A stretch of DNA of 64,000 nt. Source: an uncultured delta proteobacterium. GTDB lineage: Bacteria > Myxococcota_A > Polyangia > Polyangiales > B10-G4. Each line of letters starts with the position of its first letter. Position 1 is the first letter of the stretch. Where the stretch lies: assembly GCA_963727445.1 (NCBI GenBank), contig CAVSGI010000020.1, forward strand, positions 768,001 to 832,000, read 5' to 3'. The position numbers and the translations under genes are program-made. Below, in pieces: positions 1 to 10,117 of the stretch. Below the pieces are notes generated by a model. That model was not told where the DNA came from, ran no database searches, and worked only from the letters and a program-made list of their open reading frames with translations.

Positions 1-1
1 G

Positions 2-241
2 GGCGAGCTCTCCAACGAGCTCCTCTCGAACGCGTTCCGCCATCAGATCACCAAGGAGAACCGCGCCACCATCGAAGCGGTGACCATGCAGGCGATCGCG
101 GGCGCGATGGGGCCGCCGAGCCTCGACGAGCTCGAGGACTTCGACTTCTCCGAGGAGCCCTTCGACGACCCGCTGGGCATCGCCCAGAGCTGGGAGGAGA
201 AGTACCAGAAGAAGGGAAAGAAGGAGTCGGAGGAGCAGTGA
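2..241 (+). CDS. hxsD: His-Xaa-Ser system protein HxsD, 3' part (5'-truncated by window edge)
   Basis: Absent from the ORF track; frame 2 is open from base 2: GELSNELLSNAFRHQITKENRATIEAV...DDPLGIAQSWEEKY...*. The GE-x-x-NELL...R-x-x-I pattern is HxsD-like. TGA overlaps the next GTG, and the gene lies upstream of hxsB. Confidence 0.7.
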   Translation, partial: GELSNELLSNAFRHQITKENRATIEAVTMQAIAGAMGPPSLDELEDFDFSEEPFDDPLGIAQSWEEKYQKKGKKESEEQ

Positions 242-459
242 CCGAGCTGCGCTTCGACAAGGGCATCTACGTCGGCGAGGCGGTGGACGAGGCGGTGAAG
301 CGCTTCGGCGGCTTCGCGGATTTCGAGCTCTCCGAAAACGACGAAGCGTGGGTGGTGAAAGTGACCGCCAAAAAGCCAGCGCTGCAGAAACGGATCGTCG
401 GCGAGCTCCAGAACTTCGCCCTCGGTCTCACCATCAAGAATCCGAATCGGGGCGTTTGA
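238..459 (+). CDS. HxsD-like small protein (73 aa)
   Basis: FDKGIY..EAV..AV..F and GELQNFAL patterns resemble HxsD; overlaps both neighbours (GTGA, TGATG). Confidence 0.7.
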   Translation: MTELRFDKGIYVGEAVDEAVKRFGGFADFELSENDEAWVVKVTAKKPALQKRIVGELQNFALGLTIKNPNRGV

Positions 460-1952
460 TGATCCTGACGCGAATCGGCAAGACCGACGCGAGCCATCCT
501 GCGCTCTTCCGCGTTCGTGAAGTCGGCGGCAAAGCGTTGATCACGAATCAGGAAGGACGCTGGCTGCTGCTCACCGAGGAGGAGCTCGGGCTCTTCGCTC
601 GCGGTGAAGCGAAGGAGGGCACGGAGCTCCACGAGCGCCTGAAGTCCCACAACTTCCTGCGCGACCATTACGACGTGCTCGCCGCCGCGGAGATGCTCCG
701 CCAGCGAAAAGGTTTCATTCACTACGGGCCGAACCTCCACGTCTTCGTGATCACCCTCCGCTGCAACGAGACCTGCGTCTACTGCCACGCCTCGCGCGCC
801 AACATGGACGCGGTGCACACCGACATGAGCCCGGAGATCATCGAGAAGTCTGTGGATCTCGTGCTGAAGAGCACCAACCCCTACGTCACCATCGAGTTCC
901 AGGGCGGCGAGCCGCTGGTGAACTGGGAGGGCATCAAGCACACCATCGAGTATGCCCTCGAGAGGAACCGCTCGGTCGGCAAGAACCTCGAGTTCACCAT
1001 GGTCTCGAACCTCGCGCTGATGACCGACGAGATCATGGACTACCTCCTCGAGCACAAGGTCCAGATCTGCACCAGCATCGACGGGCCGGCGCACGTGCAC
1101 GACAAACAGCGCAAGCTCCCCGGGATGAGCTCGCACGACCGCGCGGTGCACTGGCTACGACGGATCAACGCGCGCTACGAGGAGATGGGCCTCGACTCGA
1201 CCCTCTATCACGTCGAGGCGCTGCTCACGACGACGCGCGCCGCGCTGCCGCTTCACCAAGAGGTGGTCGACACCTACGTCGGCCTCGGGGTGAAGTCGCT
1301 GTTCCTGCGCCCGCTCGATCCCTTCGGCTTCGCGGAGAAGACCGCGGACAAGATCGAGTATCCGCGCGAGGAGTACATGGCGTTCTATCGGAACGCCCTC
1401 GACTACATGATCGAGCTCAACAAGAAGGGCACGCAGATCCTCGAGCGCTACGCGGCGATCTTCCTGACGAAGATCCTCCGCGGCGAGGATCCGAACTTCC
1501 TCGACATCCGCTGGCCGGGCGGCGGCGGTATCGGCCAGGTCGCCTATAGCTACGACGGGAAGATCTTCGCCTCGGACGAAGGCCGCATGCTCCACGAGAT
1601 GGGCGACGACACCTTCGAGATCGGCCACGTCGACACCAGCACCTACCGCGAGCTCATGGGTCATCCCACCGTCCGCGCCCTCGCCCTCGCCTCGAACCTC
1701 GAGCAGAACCCGGACTGCGTGAGCTGCACCTACCTGCCGTACTGCGGCGTGCCGCCCGTCCACAGCCACAAGACCCAGGGGACGATCTTCGGCCGCATGC
1801 GCGAGTCGACCCTGTGCTACGTCCACAAGCACATCCAGGACTACCTCTTCGAGAAGATCGCCGAGGGCAACCCCGAGACGCTCGAGATCTTCGAGCGGTG
1901 GACGACGAATCGCCTCCGCGACCACTTCCTGCACGCGGCCGGCGGGGTCTGA
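459..1952 (+). CDS. hxsB: His-Xaa-Ser system radical SAM/SPASM maturase HxsB
   Basis: CNETCVYC, IEFQGGEP, YDGKIFASDEGRML and C-terminal CVSCTYLPYCG...LC. ATG 459 overlaps the upstream TGA and is preferred to 348. Confidence 0.85.
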   Translation: MILTRIGKTDASHPALFRVREVGGKALITNQEGRWLLLTEEELGLFARGEAKEGTELHERLKSHNFLRDHYDVLAAAEMLRQRKGFIHYGPNLHVFVITLRCNETCVYCHASRANMDAVHTDMSPEIIEKSVDLVLKSTNPYVTIEFQGGEPLVNWEGIKHTIEYALERNRSVGKNLEFTMVSNLALMTDEIMDYLLEHKVQICTSIDGPAHVHDKQRKLPGMSSHDRAVHWLRRINARYEEMGLDSTLYHVEALLTTTRAALPLHQEVVDTYVGLGVKSLFLRPLDPFGFAEKTADKIEYPREEYMAFYRNALDYMIELNKKGTQILERYAAIFLTKILRGEDPNFLDIRWPGGGGIGQVAYSYDGKIFASDEGRMLHEMGDDTFEIGHVDTSTYRELMGHPTVRALALASNLEQNPDCVSCTYLPYCGVPPVHSHKTQGTIFGRMRESTLCYVHKHIQDYLFEKIAEGNPETLEIFERWTTNRLRDHFLHAAGGV

Positions 1953-2053
1953 GCGATGTGCGGTCCGCTGGCCCGATCATGAGTGGGTGGCGGGCACACA
2001 TCGACGAGCGCGGTGTAACCGCGATATGGTGGGCCTAGGTTCGGGGGGTCACT

Positions 2054-5000
2054 ATGAAGCGTCCGTCTGTCTGTCTGTCTGTCTGTCTCCGTAGCCATTG
2101 GCACGGCGTTGGGGATGATGGGATGTCGCGATCTGACCCTTGATAGCGAGCACGTAGGCGAGCGACACATTCTGCGCGGACGCTCATCGACGCGCGGCGG
2201 TCCGACGCTGACCCCCGACGAGATCCGGCGCGGGTGGTTCGAGACGACGAGCGATGACCTCGACGCTACGGAGAAGGCGCTCAGGCGCATGGTGGGCATC
2301 GAGCTGGACGTCCAGCTCGATACCGACGGGCTACCGGGGACGGTGAGCGTCTTTGGGGCCGATTCCTTGACTAGGCCAACGCTAGATTTCTTGGACGTGC
2401 AAACGCCGGTGCCTCAGTCCCTCTCAGTGCCTTTCCAGTCCTTCTCCACACAGTCTCTTGCGGATGAGCTCGTCGATGCCTGCGGTGATCCATTCGTGCG
2501 GCCGCGCCTCGGGTCGGCTATTTGCGACGCGGTCGATGCAGACCGCAATGGCGTGTTGGACTTCGATACTCACAACCCCGCCCTCGATGGGATCCGCTAT
2601 CGGAGCGACAGCGCAGCCATCGAACTTGCATGGCACGCCCCGTCAGACCTCTGGAACCTACGCATTACGAGGAGGACTGCTGACGACGCGGGAGCACCGT
2701 GCGAGACGAATCATGACTGCGGGTTCAGCACGACCTGTGAATCCCGGCGGTGCGAATGGGTAGAAGTGGCGTGTGCACAAGATATCGATTGCTCGAGTGA
2801 CCCCCGGTTTCCAGGGGAGGGCGAGCTCTGCGGAGCGGATGGTACCTGCGAGCGGCGCGTCCACGTGTCTTTCGACCGGGATGCTGACCTAGTCCATCCC
2901 ATTCTCGGAATCGACATTCCCTGGAATGCCGCATCGGATCCCGACGATGCCTTTTCCGTCGGAGTCGCGACGATCTCGATCAATCGCTTCGCCACGCGAA
3001 TGCGGATCCAGCCTCGCGTGTGCACGGACAGGGACTGCACCAGCACGGACCGTTCCTTTGCGGGCTATCGCGGAACAGGCGCGGATCTCTTGAATTCGGG
3101 GATGGGTTTGACGCTCTCGGTCAGGGGGGAGCTGCTCGAGGGCGAGCTCGACTACGGCGTCGATCCGGGTGTGGGCCTAGTCCTCGCATGCCTTCACCCG
3201 GTCAGCTGCGTATGGGCTCACCTGGAGATCGACGACAAGGTAAAAGACATCCTGCAACGGCAGGCCGGGACTCAAGCGGACCTCATCCAAGGGCTCGTGA
3301 ATGAGCGGGTATTCAATCCCCTTCAGCCGGACTCGCGCGCCAACGACGCCAACGAGAGAGACCTGCTCAGAATCTATGCATTCGCGGAAGGCAGCGAGGA
3401 CATCCTCAGGGAGGTGGTGGGGGGAGTTTCGTGGCCCCAAGCGGTCGCCATGCGGATGAACCAGGACGCCCGAGCCCTAAAGGCACAGGTCGTTGTACGA
3501 GAAGAACCGGAGCCTATTGCCCTCTTCGCGGAGACCGACGGAGCGGTGACCGGTGGCTTGTCTCTCGCCCTCGAGCGGGGAGCCGAAATCTCTCACGTGG
3601 GGTTCGATGCGCGCCGCCTCGTGCAGCTTTGTGGTCGCTTTCCGCGGGAGATCTATGGCGGTGCGTGCGCGGACGCGGTGGGCGCGCCAGGTCGGCCAGA
3701 TCCCGCGTGCGCCATCTGTGACGCCTGTCTTGGCAGAACGACGGCGCTTTGTGACTTTTCGGGCGAGCGCGACACGGGCCGTGTCTGCGAATTTGACACA
3801 GACTGCGTCCCTGGGGACCGCTGTGCCGGACGGTGCATGCGACCGATGCTGGTGCTGGGTCCCGACTTTCCCGGCGGGGCTCCGTTCGCAACTCTACCCG
3901 AGATGCCGACAGCGGCCCCCCTCGCTGATGCGTACTTCGGAATCGCCGAGCAGGCGCGCGCCCTCTTCAAGGGGCCGCTGGCGCACTTTGGGACGTCGTT
4001 TCAGCGATACTCCTCTGTGCGGTTTTGCGCGGCGGGCGCTTCTTCGGTTCGCTGTCCCTTGTCCTCTCTGGGCATGGTCGAAGATCGGGTGGTCTTTCAG
4101 TTCGATCCGGATACGGACCTCGATGGCCAACCCGATCTAACCGACCTTTGCCCGGAGGACGCCACGCCAGACGGCGATGTCGGCGATGCTGATCATGACG
4201 GTCACGGGGACATTTGCGACAACTGTATGTGGAACCCAGGGCCAACCACAGATTTTCCGGATCGCGATGGACGCGGAGATATCTGCGACTGTGACATTGA
4301 CGGCGACGACTGCAACAACCGCCTTCTCGTCAGTCCCGTCGCCGATGCGCCCCCAGATGAGCCTCGCCGCTGCACAATCGTGGGTCCGGTGGGATCCGTT
4401 TTCGATCAACGACCTCGCGAGTCCGACGAGCACGCTGACAACGACGGCGACGGAATTTCCGACGACTGCGATCCCGATGACGATCAGGATGGCGTCCTCG
4501 ACGACGGTGCTCGCGACACTGTCGGGAATTACTCGCCATGTCGACCTGGCGAGAGCACGCGATTCTGCGACGACAACTGTCCTACGGTCGCGAACCCTGG
4601 CCAGGAGGATGAGAACCTGGATGGCGTCGGCGATGCCTGTGATCATGTGTGCCCCGGGACGGGCACGCCGTTGTGCGATCCCGACACGACGCGCTCTTTC
4701 ATGGCCAGCCCGTCTGGCTCGGGTGAGGGCGCCTGGCTCTTGCCGGAATGTCGTGCGGATGGTCCGGATTGCGGTTTCATGGCGCGTATGTGCGCGGAGT
4801 ATCCGGGATTTTCGGACTATTCGTTTCCGGGCACTTCCGCATGCAGCCCCGGTCCCGCCTCCGTCCGGGTGTTTGATCCGGCAGGCAAGTTGATCCGGGT
4901 CATAGACATCAAGACTGTCGGTGGCGATCGGCTTGGCGCGACGGCATTCCTTCCCGACCTTGACGGTGATGGCGCGGGGGAGGTGCTACTGGGGCTGCCG

Positions 5001-5973
5001 GGCACAACTCTGAACACGCCGGGCCAGATCGTAGCGTTCGGATCAGCGGCCGGCGAGCTCTTCCGGGTGCGTGCCGACGGCGCGGAGCTCCCCTTCTCGT
5101 CCGCGTTTGGTAGCACGCTCTTGGTGGACGGGGCGGTCATGCTTGCCGGAGCTCCGGATAGCTCCAAGACCGGTTCCGTCTTCGTGCTGGACAGCACCCA
5201 GGGGTTCTTCGTCGATCAGATTCTTCCATTCACGAACGGGAGCCAGGCCTTCGGCGCGTCGGTCGCCGGCTCGTTCGGAGGCCGACTCTTCGTCGGCGCG
5301 CCCTCGGCATCGAACGAGGCCGGCGCGGTGTACGTATTTTCCGGCGGGGCGCTGGAGTCGAATTGTCCCTGGACCCTTCGAAGGCGCTCGCCTCGGATCG
5401 TCCGCGATAGTGCCGTTCGCCACCGAGTTCCCATACGACCTTCAGGGCCACAGAGAGGCGTTCGTTGCGGGGGCCCCTTACGCCCGTCAGGGCACGGGCA
5501 TGGTGGTGGTCGGCGGAATCGAGGGCTCGATCCTCCTCACCCTAACAGGCAGCGAAAGGGGCGAAGGTTTTGGCGCCTCCTTGAGCGGCTGGTTCGACCT
5601 CACGGGGGATGGGCGATCTGAGCTCTTGATCGGCGCACCGAACCACGGCGGCGGTCGCGGCACGGTCTATCGTTTGTCCGCGAGCTTCGACCTGACGACC
5701 TCGGGTGCGCTCGGCAACATCGGCGATCGGCTCGGGCTTTCGGTTCAGGGATGGCCGGCCAATGATGGTGCCATCTTTCGGATCGGAGTCGCGGGCATCG
5801 ACTATCCAGGGGCCGAGCTTCCTGGTGGCTGGGTGTCACTCACCCCTGCGTCGATATCACCGCGGAGTGCGACCGGCCGCGACATTGCGGAGATCTTGGC
5901 CCGTCAGCGTGAGCTCTTGGGTCGGCCGGCGCTGGGTCGCGCGCCACCACTTACGTCGAGAGCGCGACGATGA
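2054..5973 (+). CDS. Large Cys/Asp-rich surface lipoprotein with thrombospondin type-3-like and FG-GAP repeats; reading frame broken at the GTCT tract and near 5355
   Basis: ORFs 2109-5621 and 5071-5973 join. DxDxDG..DxCDNC repeats; FGAS...VGAP...GAVYVF and DLTGDGRSELLIGAP repeats continue across the shift. Reconstructed signal MKRPSVCLSVSVAIGTALGMMG-C. Confidence 0.7.
2065..2088 (+). repeat. Tetranucleotide tandem repeat (GTCT)6
   Basis: Six perfect GTCT copies starting 11 nt after the A of ATG 2054. Confidence 0.95.
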
Positions 5974-7367
5974 GTTCGCAGGTGTGCCATCTCCTTCTCG
6001 CCCTCCTCTTACTCAGCGCTCTGCCGCAGTGCAATGGCAGTGAGGATCTTCGCTATCGTTGCGTAGTCCAGCGGAGCGCGAGACTTTACGGTCGAGCCGC
6101 GGAGGGGCACCAGATCGGCAGGGTAGCAGGATCTCTACTTCTCACGTGGACGAGTGGGGATGGGAGCTGGACCAGCCAGTGGTTTGACGGAGGTTTTGCG
6201 TCGGCTGGTCGACCGATCGACATGGGTGTTGGGGAGCCGTTTCGGCCGGGGTGGGTCCTGTTCGATGGTGGCCTCGAGGGGTATCTATTGGCGGACGTCG
6301 AACGCCGTCCTACGGACGAGACATCGAACTCCGAAATCGTGACACGCTGGCGGTTCGAGCCGGGGGCGGCTCCCGAGGCGTTGTCAGTCGGTGTCGACAC
6401 TCCAAGCGGTTGCAACGACAGTTGCACCGACCTGGGAACCATACAGGCTCCGCCTGGCAGGCCGGGAACCTATCCGAGCGCCAGCTACCGAGGTGGTGTC
6501 GCGTCCATCTTGCCGGCAGTGCCCCGCGATTGTGTAGGTGCCGATGAAATGGTTTTCTCCACATACCAACGCATCCACGTCTTTACCCACGAATCGCCAA
6601 TTGCTCGTCCGGTCCTCTGGTCGGATGAGCCACCTTGCGACTTGGAGTACTTCGGCGACAATCGAGACGTCGTGACTGTCCCGTCGGTGGTCGGGCTCGG
6701 GGCCGACAGACTGGGCGTCTTCTTTCACCCTCTCGGTGCCACGCCTGGGCCCACGCGTTATGCGGTGGTCACCTCGGATGGTGACTTGGTGAGCGACCCG
6801 ATCACGGTGGGTGGTGACTGGCCGCGATGGAGCAGCACGGTGGGCGGCTGGCAGACGCCCGCCGTCCGTCTGGGAGATGTAGTGCTGTTCGTCGAAGGAT
6901 ACGAGCGCGCGGACTACTGCCACGTGGTCCGGCTGATGAACCTCGACGGATCGCATGCCCGCAACGCACCGTGGCAGCTTCCATGCTTCGAGGACGGGAC
7001 GGTTGCCACGCTCTCGGTCGAGCTCGGGACTATGGGCGACGTGGTAGTTCTCGCTTATTCCGAGCGTCGGATTGGCGACAGCACCCTTTACGTCACGGCC
7101 GGCGATGACTGGTTCGAACGGGTGGTCCTGGTCACGCTCACTGCCGAGGGCCGGCTCGCGAGCGATCCCGTCATCGTCACGGAACCCGTGTCGACGGCAC
7201 TCTTGCCCATTCCACGGACCGAGTCGCGAGGCCCTCCCATCCGGGACTTCTTCGTGAGTTTGGCGGCAATGGGAGATGAGCCACCTGTGGTTGCGTGGAC
7301 AGACCTCCGGATCGACGAGCCCGGCGTTTTTGCGCGGGAGGTAGTGTGCACCCCCCTTTCCCGCTGA
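5970..7367 (+). CDS. Hypothetical exported protein or lipoprotein
   Basis: 465-aa ORF with ATGA overlap to the upstream stop; hydrophobic N-terminus followed by Cys (LLSALPQ-C). Confidence 0.65.
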   Translation: MSSQVCHLLLALLLLSALPQCNGSEDLRYRCVVQRSARLYGRAAEGHQIGRVAGSLLLTWTSGDGSWTSQWFDGGFASAGRPIDMGVGEPFRPGWVLFDGGLEGYLLADVERRPTDETSNSEIVTRWRFEPGAAPEALSVGVDTPSGCNDSCTDLGTIQAPPGRPGTYPSASYRGGVASILPAVPRDCVGADEMVFSTYQRIHVFTHESPIARPVLWSDEPPCDLEYFGDNRDVVTVPSVVGLGADRLGVFFHPLGATPGPTRYAVVTSDGDLVSDPITVGGDWPRWSSTVGGWQTPAVRLGDVVLFVEGYERADYCHVVRLMNLDGSHARNAPWQLPCFEDGTVATLSVELGTMGDVVVLAYSERRIGDSTLYVTAGDDWFERVVLVTLTAEGRLASDPVIVTEPVSTALLPIPRTESRGPPIRDFFVSLAAMGDEPPVVAWTDLRIDEPGVFAREVVCTPLSR

Positions 7368-7374
7368 GTGTGCG

Positions 7375-8103
7375 GTGAGACGCTTGCACTGGTTCGCCGG
7401 AATCGCCATTGGGGCATCCGTCGCGACTTGGGCCGTTATTGGGGACACGGGGCCATCACGTGAGCCGGAGGGGCCGGGAGAACCAAGCGAGCGCACTACG
7501 TATCTCGTCGCGTCGTCCGGTGACGATGCACTGGGGTCATCGACCGCGTGCGACCATCCCTTCTTGCCGGCGCGACCAGGCACCTCTCGTCACTTCCGGA
7601 TCACGGGCGACGAGTTGGTCGCGGAGGTTGCTGTTACCTGTGTCGACGTTCGCCCGTCGCCGCGGGGGCTGGCCATCGAATGGCGCGCGCATCTGTCGAT
7701 GTCAGGTCTGCCGGCGGCAAGCCCTTGGTTTCGGACCTCGTGTCGGCCGGGGGAGGGGGCGGAAATCCCGCTCGAGTTGGCGCTGCATGCAGCGGCAGTG
7801 CCTTCGGGCATTCCCCACTTCCTGGTCCCAGAACGTCTGCGCGAGGGAGACGAGTGGCAGGAGGAGGGACACGGCCCAGGTGGGCTTTGGCGGCAGAGTG
7901 CCGCCGTGGGCTCGCCGCGGACTGTGTCGCTCCCCGACGGCCGTCGCGCGGAGGGCGTCGTCTTGAGCGTTCGTGACGTCCTCATCAATGGTGGAGAGGT
8001 CGTCGAGGGCACGTCGGAGTTCGTGCTGGTGGAGGGCGTCGGCTTGGTCGGGGGTCGCATAGCCGGGTACGAGCTCTCCCTAGTTGACGCACCGAGGTAT
8101 TGA
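7375..8103 (+). CDS. Hypothetical membrane-anchored or exported protein
   Basis: 242-aa ORF 7 nt after the previous stop; N-terminal hydrophobic segment; beta-rich C-terminus (FVLVEGVGLV). Confidence 0.6.
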   Translation: MRRLHWFAGIAIGASVATWAVIGDTGPSREPEGPGEPSERTTYLVASSGDDALGSSTACDHPFLPARPGTSRHFRITGDELVAEVAVTCVDVRPSPRGLAIEWRAHLSMSGLPAASPWFRTSCRPGEGAEIPLELALHAAAVPSGIPHFLVPERLREGDEWQEEGHGPGGLWRQSAAVGSPRTVSLPDGRRAEGVVLSVRDVLINGGEVVEGTSEFVLVEGVGLVGGRIAGYELSLVDAPRY

Positions 8104-8339
8104 GGTCAGCTCGGCCCGCTCGTCGACTCGCTCGGCTCCTCCTTCAGACTTCGCGCCCTACATCGCGGACGGCAGTCTCATGTCTCATCGTCCTCGCGCA
8201 GGTCAGTGGCAGAGGGAGTCTCCGGTTTCCAGCCTCCGTGGAAGCCAACCGCCTCTCCGGACGAACGAGTTTAGCGGTAGGAGCGATCCTCGGCTGTGGC
8301 GATGATGGCCGCGAGCTCTTCATCCGGCCAGCTTGTCAG

Positions 8340-9227
8340 TCAGTCGTCGCCACCGTCTCGATACTCGGTGGGCGTCTTCCCCGTCGCCTTCCGAAAGAGC
8401 GCGCTCAGGTGCTGGGGGGTGCTGAGGCCGACTTCGTAGGCGATGCGCGAGATCGGCGCGTCGGTGCGCGCGAGCCAGTGCTTCGCGCGTTCGACCTGTA
8501 CGGCGGCGAGCTCGGCGCGGAAGGTCGTCTTCGCCGCGCCGAGGCGTCGCTGAAGCGTGCGCACCGCGACGCCGAGATCAGCGGCCGCCTGGTCGATGCT
8601 CGCGTCGTCCGGCAGGCGCGCTTCGATCGCGCGCCGCAGGTCACGCACCACATCGGGCAAGTCGCTCGTCGCCGAGACCAGCCCCGCGAGCTCCTCCTCG
8701 AGCGCCCGGTCCTCACCACCGGTCCAGGCCAGCGCCGCGCTCAAGTCCTCGAAGGACTCGACGGGGTAGGGCGGCGGCACGGTCTGGTAGAAGCCCGCTG
8801 CGAGCGCGCCCACGAAGCCGTCCGGCCGCACGATCGCCAGCCGTGTCACGAAGCGCTCCATCTCCGCGCGCTTCGCCTCGACGTACTGTGCCAGGACGGC
8901 GAAGGCGGTGGCGTCCACGCTCTTCACCCGACGGGCGTCGATGATCGACGCGTGGGGCTCGGCCGGCGGAACCAGCTCGAGGGCGTAGAGCCGCGTCAGC
9001 GCCTCCATGTCGTCGGGCCCCGGCTCGCCGAAGAGGGCCGAGACGCAGAGGGCAGGGTGGGGCCAGGCGTAGACCCAGCACGGTCCGGCCAGATAGCTCC
9101 CGAGAGGCGATTTCGCGAAATCGGCGTGGTTGGCCCTCGGCGCCAGCCGCTTGGCGCCCCCCCGCACGCCTTTGGCGCCCCTCCGACCGTCGCTTCCTCC
9201 AGAACGACCCATCCTCAGACCATACAA
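8340..9227 (-). CDS. AraC-family transcriptional regulator (true start uncertain, possibly later)
   Basis: C-terminal AADLGVAVRTLQRRL...IAYEVGLSTPQHLSALFRKATGKTPTEYR double helix-turn-helix. Confidence 0.9.
   Translation of the reverse strand: MYGLRMGRSGGSDGRRGAKGVRGGAKRLAPRANHADFAKSPLGSYLAGPCWVYAWPHPALCVSALFGEPGPDDMEALTRLYALELVPPAEPHASIIDARRVKSVDATAFAVLAQYVEAKRAEMERFVTRLAIVRPDGFVGALAAGFYQTVPPPYPVESFEDLSAALAWTGGEDRALEEELAGLVSATSDLPDVVRDLRRAIEARLPDDASIDQAAADLGVAVRTLQRRLGAAKTTFRAELAAVQVERAKHWLARTDAPISRIAYEVGLSTPQHLSALFRKATGKTPTEYRDGGDD
9130..9187 (+). promoter_or_regulatory. 21-bp-period direct repeats, candidate AraC-type operator
   Basis: TTGGCGCCCC at 9151 and 9172, plus TTGGC at 9130, upstream of the divergent gene at 9239. 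Confidence 0.45.
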
Positions 9228-9238
9228 GGAGGCGTCCG

Positions 9239-10117
9239 ATGGCTGTGTGGAAAGAGAACGTGGTGCTGAAGCGAAAGGAGCGCGTCTCCAGCTTCCGCAA
9301 GATCGCCATCGGTACCTGGTCGGACCCTCGGGACCCCCAGATCTACGGCTCGCTGACCGTCCGCATGGAGAAGGCCCTGGCCTACATCGAGGACTATCGC
9401 CAGGCGACCGGGCGGCGGCTCACGGTGACCCACCTGGTGGGCAAGGCGGTGGCCCGGGCCCTCAAAGCCACGCCCGATGCCAACGCGATCCTGCGCTTCG
9501 GCCGCCCCTACCTGCGCCAGGACGTCAGCGTCTTCTTCTCGGTGGCGCTCACCGATCCCGACACCGGCGAGATCGATCTCAGCGGCGCCAAGCTCGACCA
9601 CGTCGATCGGATGAGCCTGGGCGAGGTCGTCGATGCTTTCGAAGCCGAGGTGGGTCGGGTGCGCACCGGCACGGACGAGGACCTCAAGAAGTCCCGCGAC
9701 ACCTTCGCCTGGCTCCCCTTCCGCGCCGTCCGCTGGGTCCTCGACGCCATCTCCTTCGGTCTCTACGACCTCAACGCCGACCTTCGCGCCATCGGCCTGC
9801 CGAAGGATCCCTTCGGCTCGGTGGTCGTCACCAACATCGGCTCCCTGGGGCTCACCGAGGCGTACGCGCCGCTCATGGCTTACAGCCGCACGCCCTTGTT
9901 GCTCGCTGTCGGCGCCGTCACCGACGAGCCGGTGGTCGAGGACGGCGCGATCGTCCCCGGCAAGCGCATGCGCATCCACGCCACCCTCGACCACCGCCTG
10001 CTCGACGGCAAGCACGCCGCGAAGCTCTCCAAGATCATCCACGAGACCCTCGAGGATCCCTACGCACATCTCGATCCGATTCCGGCGGACGCCGCGCGTC
10101 ACGAGGAGGCAGCATGA
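9239..10117 (+). CDS. 2-oxoacid dehydrogenase E2-type acyltransferase, catalytic domain only
   Basis: VVTNIGSLG and ATLDHRLLDG motifs; no lipoyl domain; AAGGAGG ribosome-binding site upstream. Confidence 0.85.
   Translation: MAVWKENVVLKRKERVSSFRKIAIGTWSDPRDPQIYGSLTVRMEKALAYIEDYRQATGRRLTVTHLVGKAVARALKATPDANAILRFGRPYLRQDVSVFFSVALTDPDTGEIDLSGAKLDHVDRMSLGEVVDAFEAEVGRVRTGTDEDLKKSRDTFAWLPFRAVRWVLDAISFGLYDLNADLRAIGLPKDPFGSVVVTNIGSLGLTEAYAPLMAYSRTPLLLAVGAVTDEPVVEDGAIVPGKRMRIHATLDHRLLDGKHAAKLSKIIHETLEDPYAHLDPIPADAARHEEAA

Noticed and set aside
1953..2053. Possible His-Xaa-Ser precursor peptide downstream of hxsB
   Set aside because: The short ORFs here (e.g. MSGWRAHIDERGVTAIWWA) have no H-x-S repeats.
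8104..8339. Possible gene remnant or mobile-element scar at the right edge of the atypical block
   Set aside because: No recognisable transposase motif, terminal inverted repeat or target duplication.
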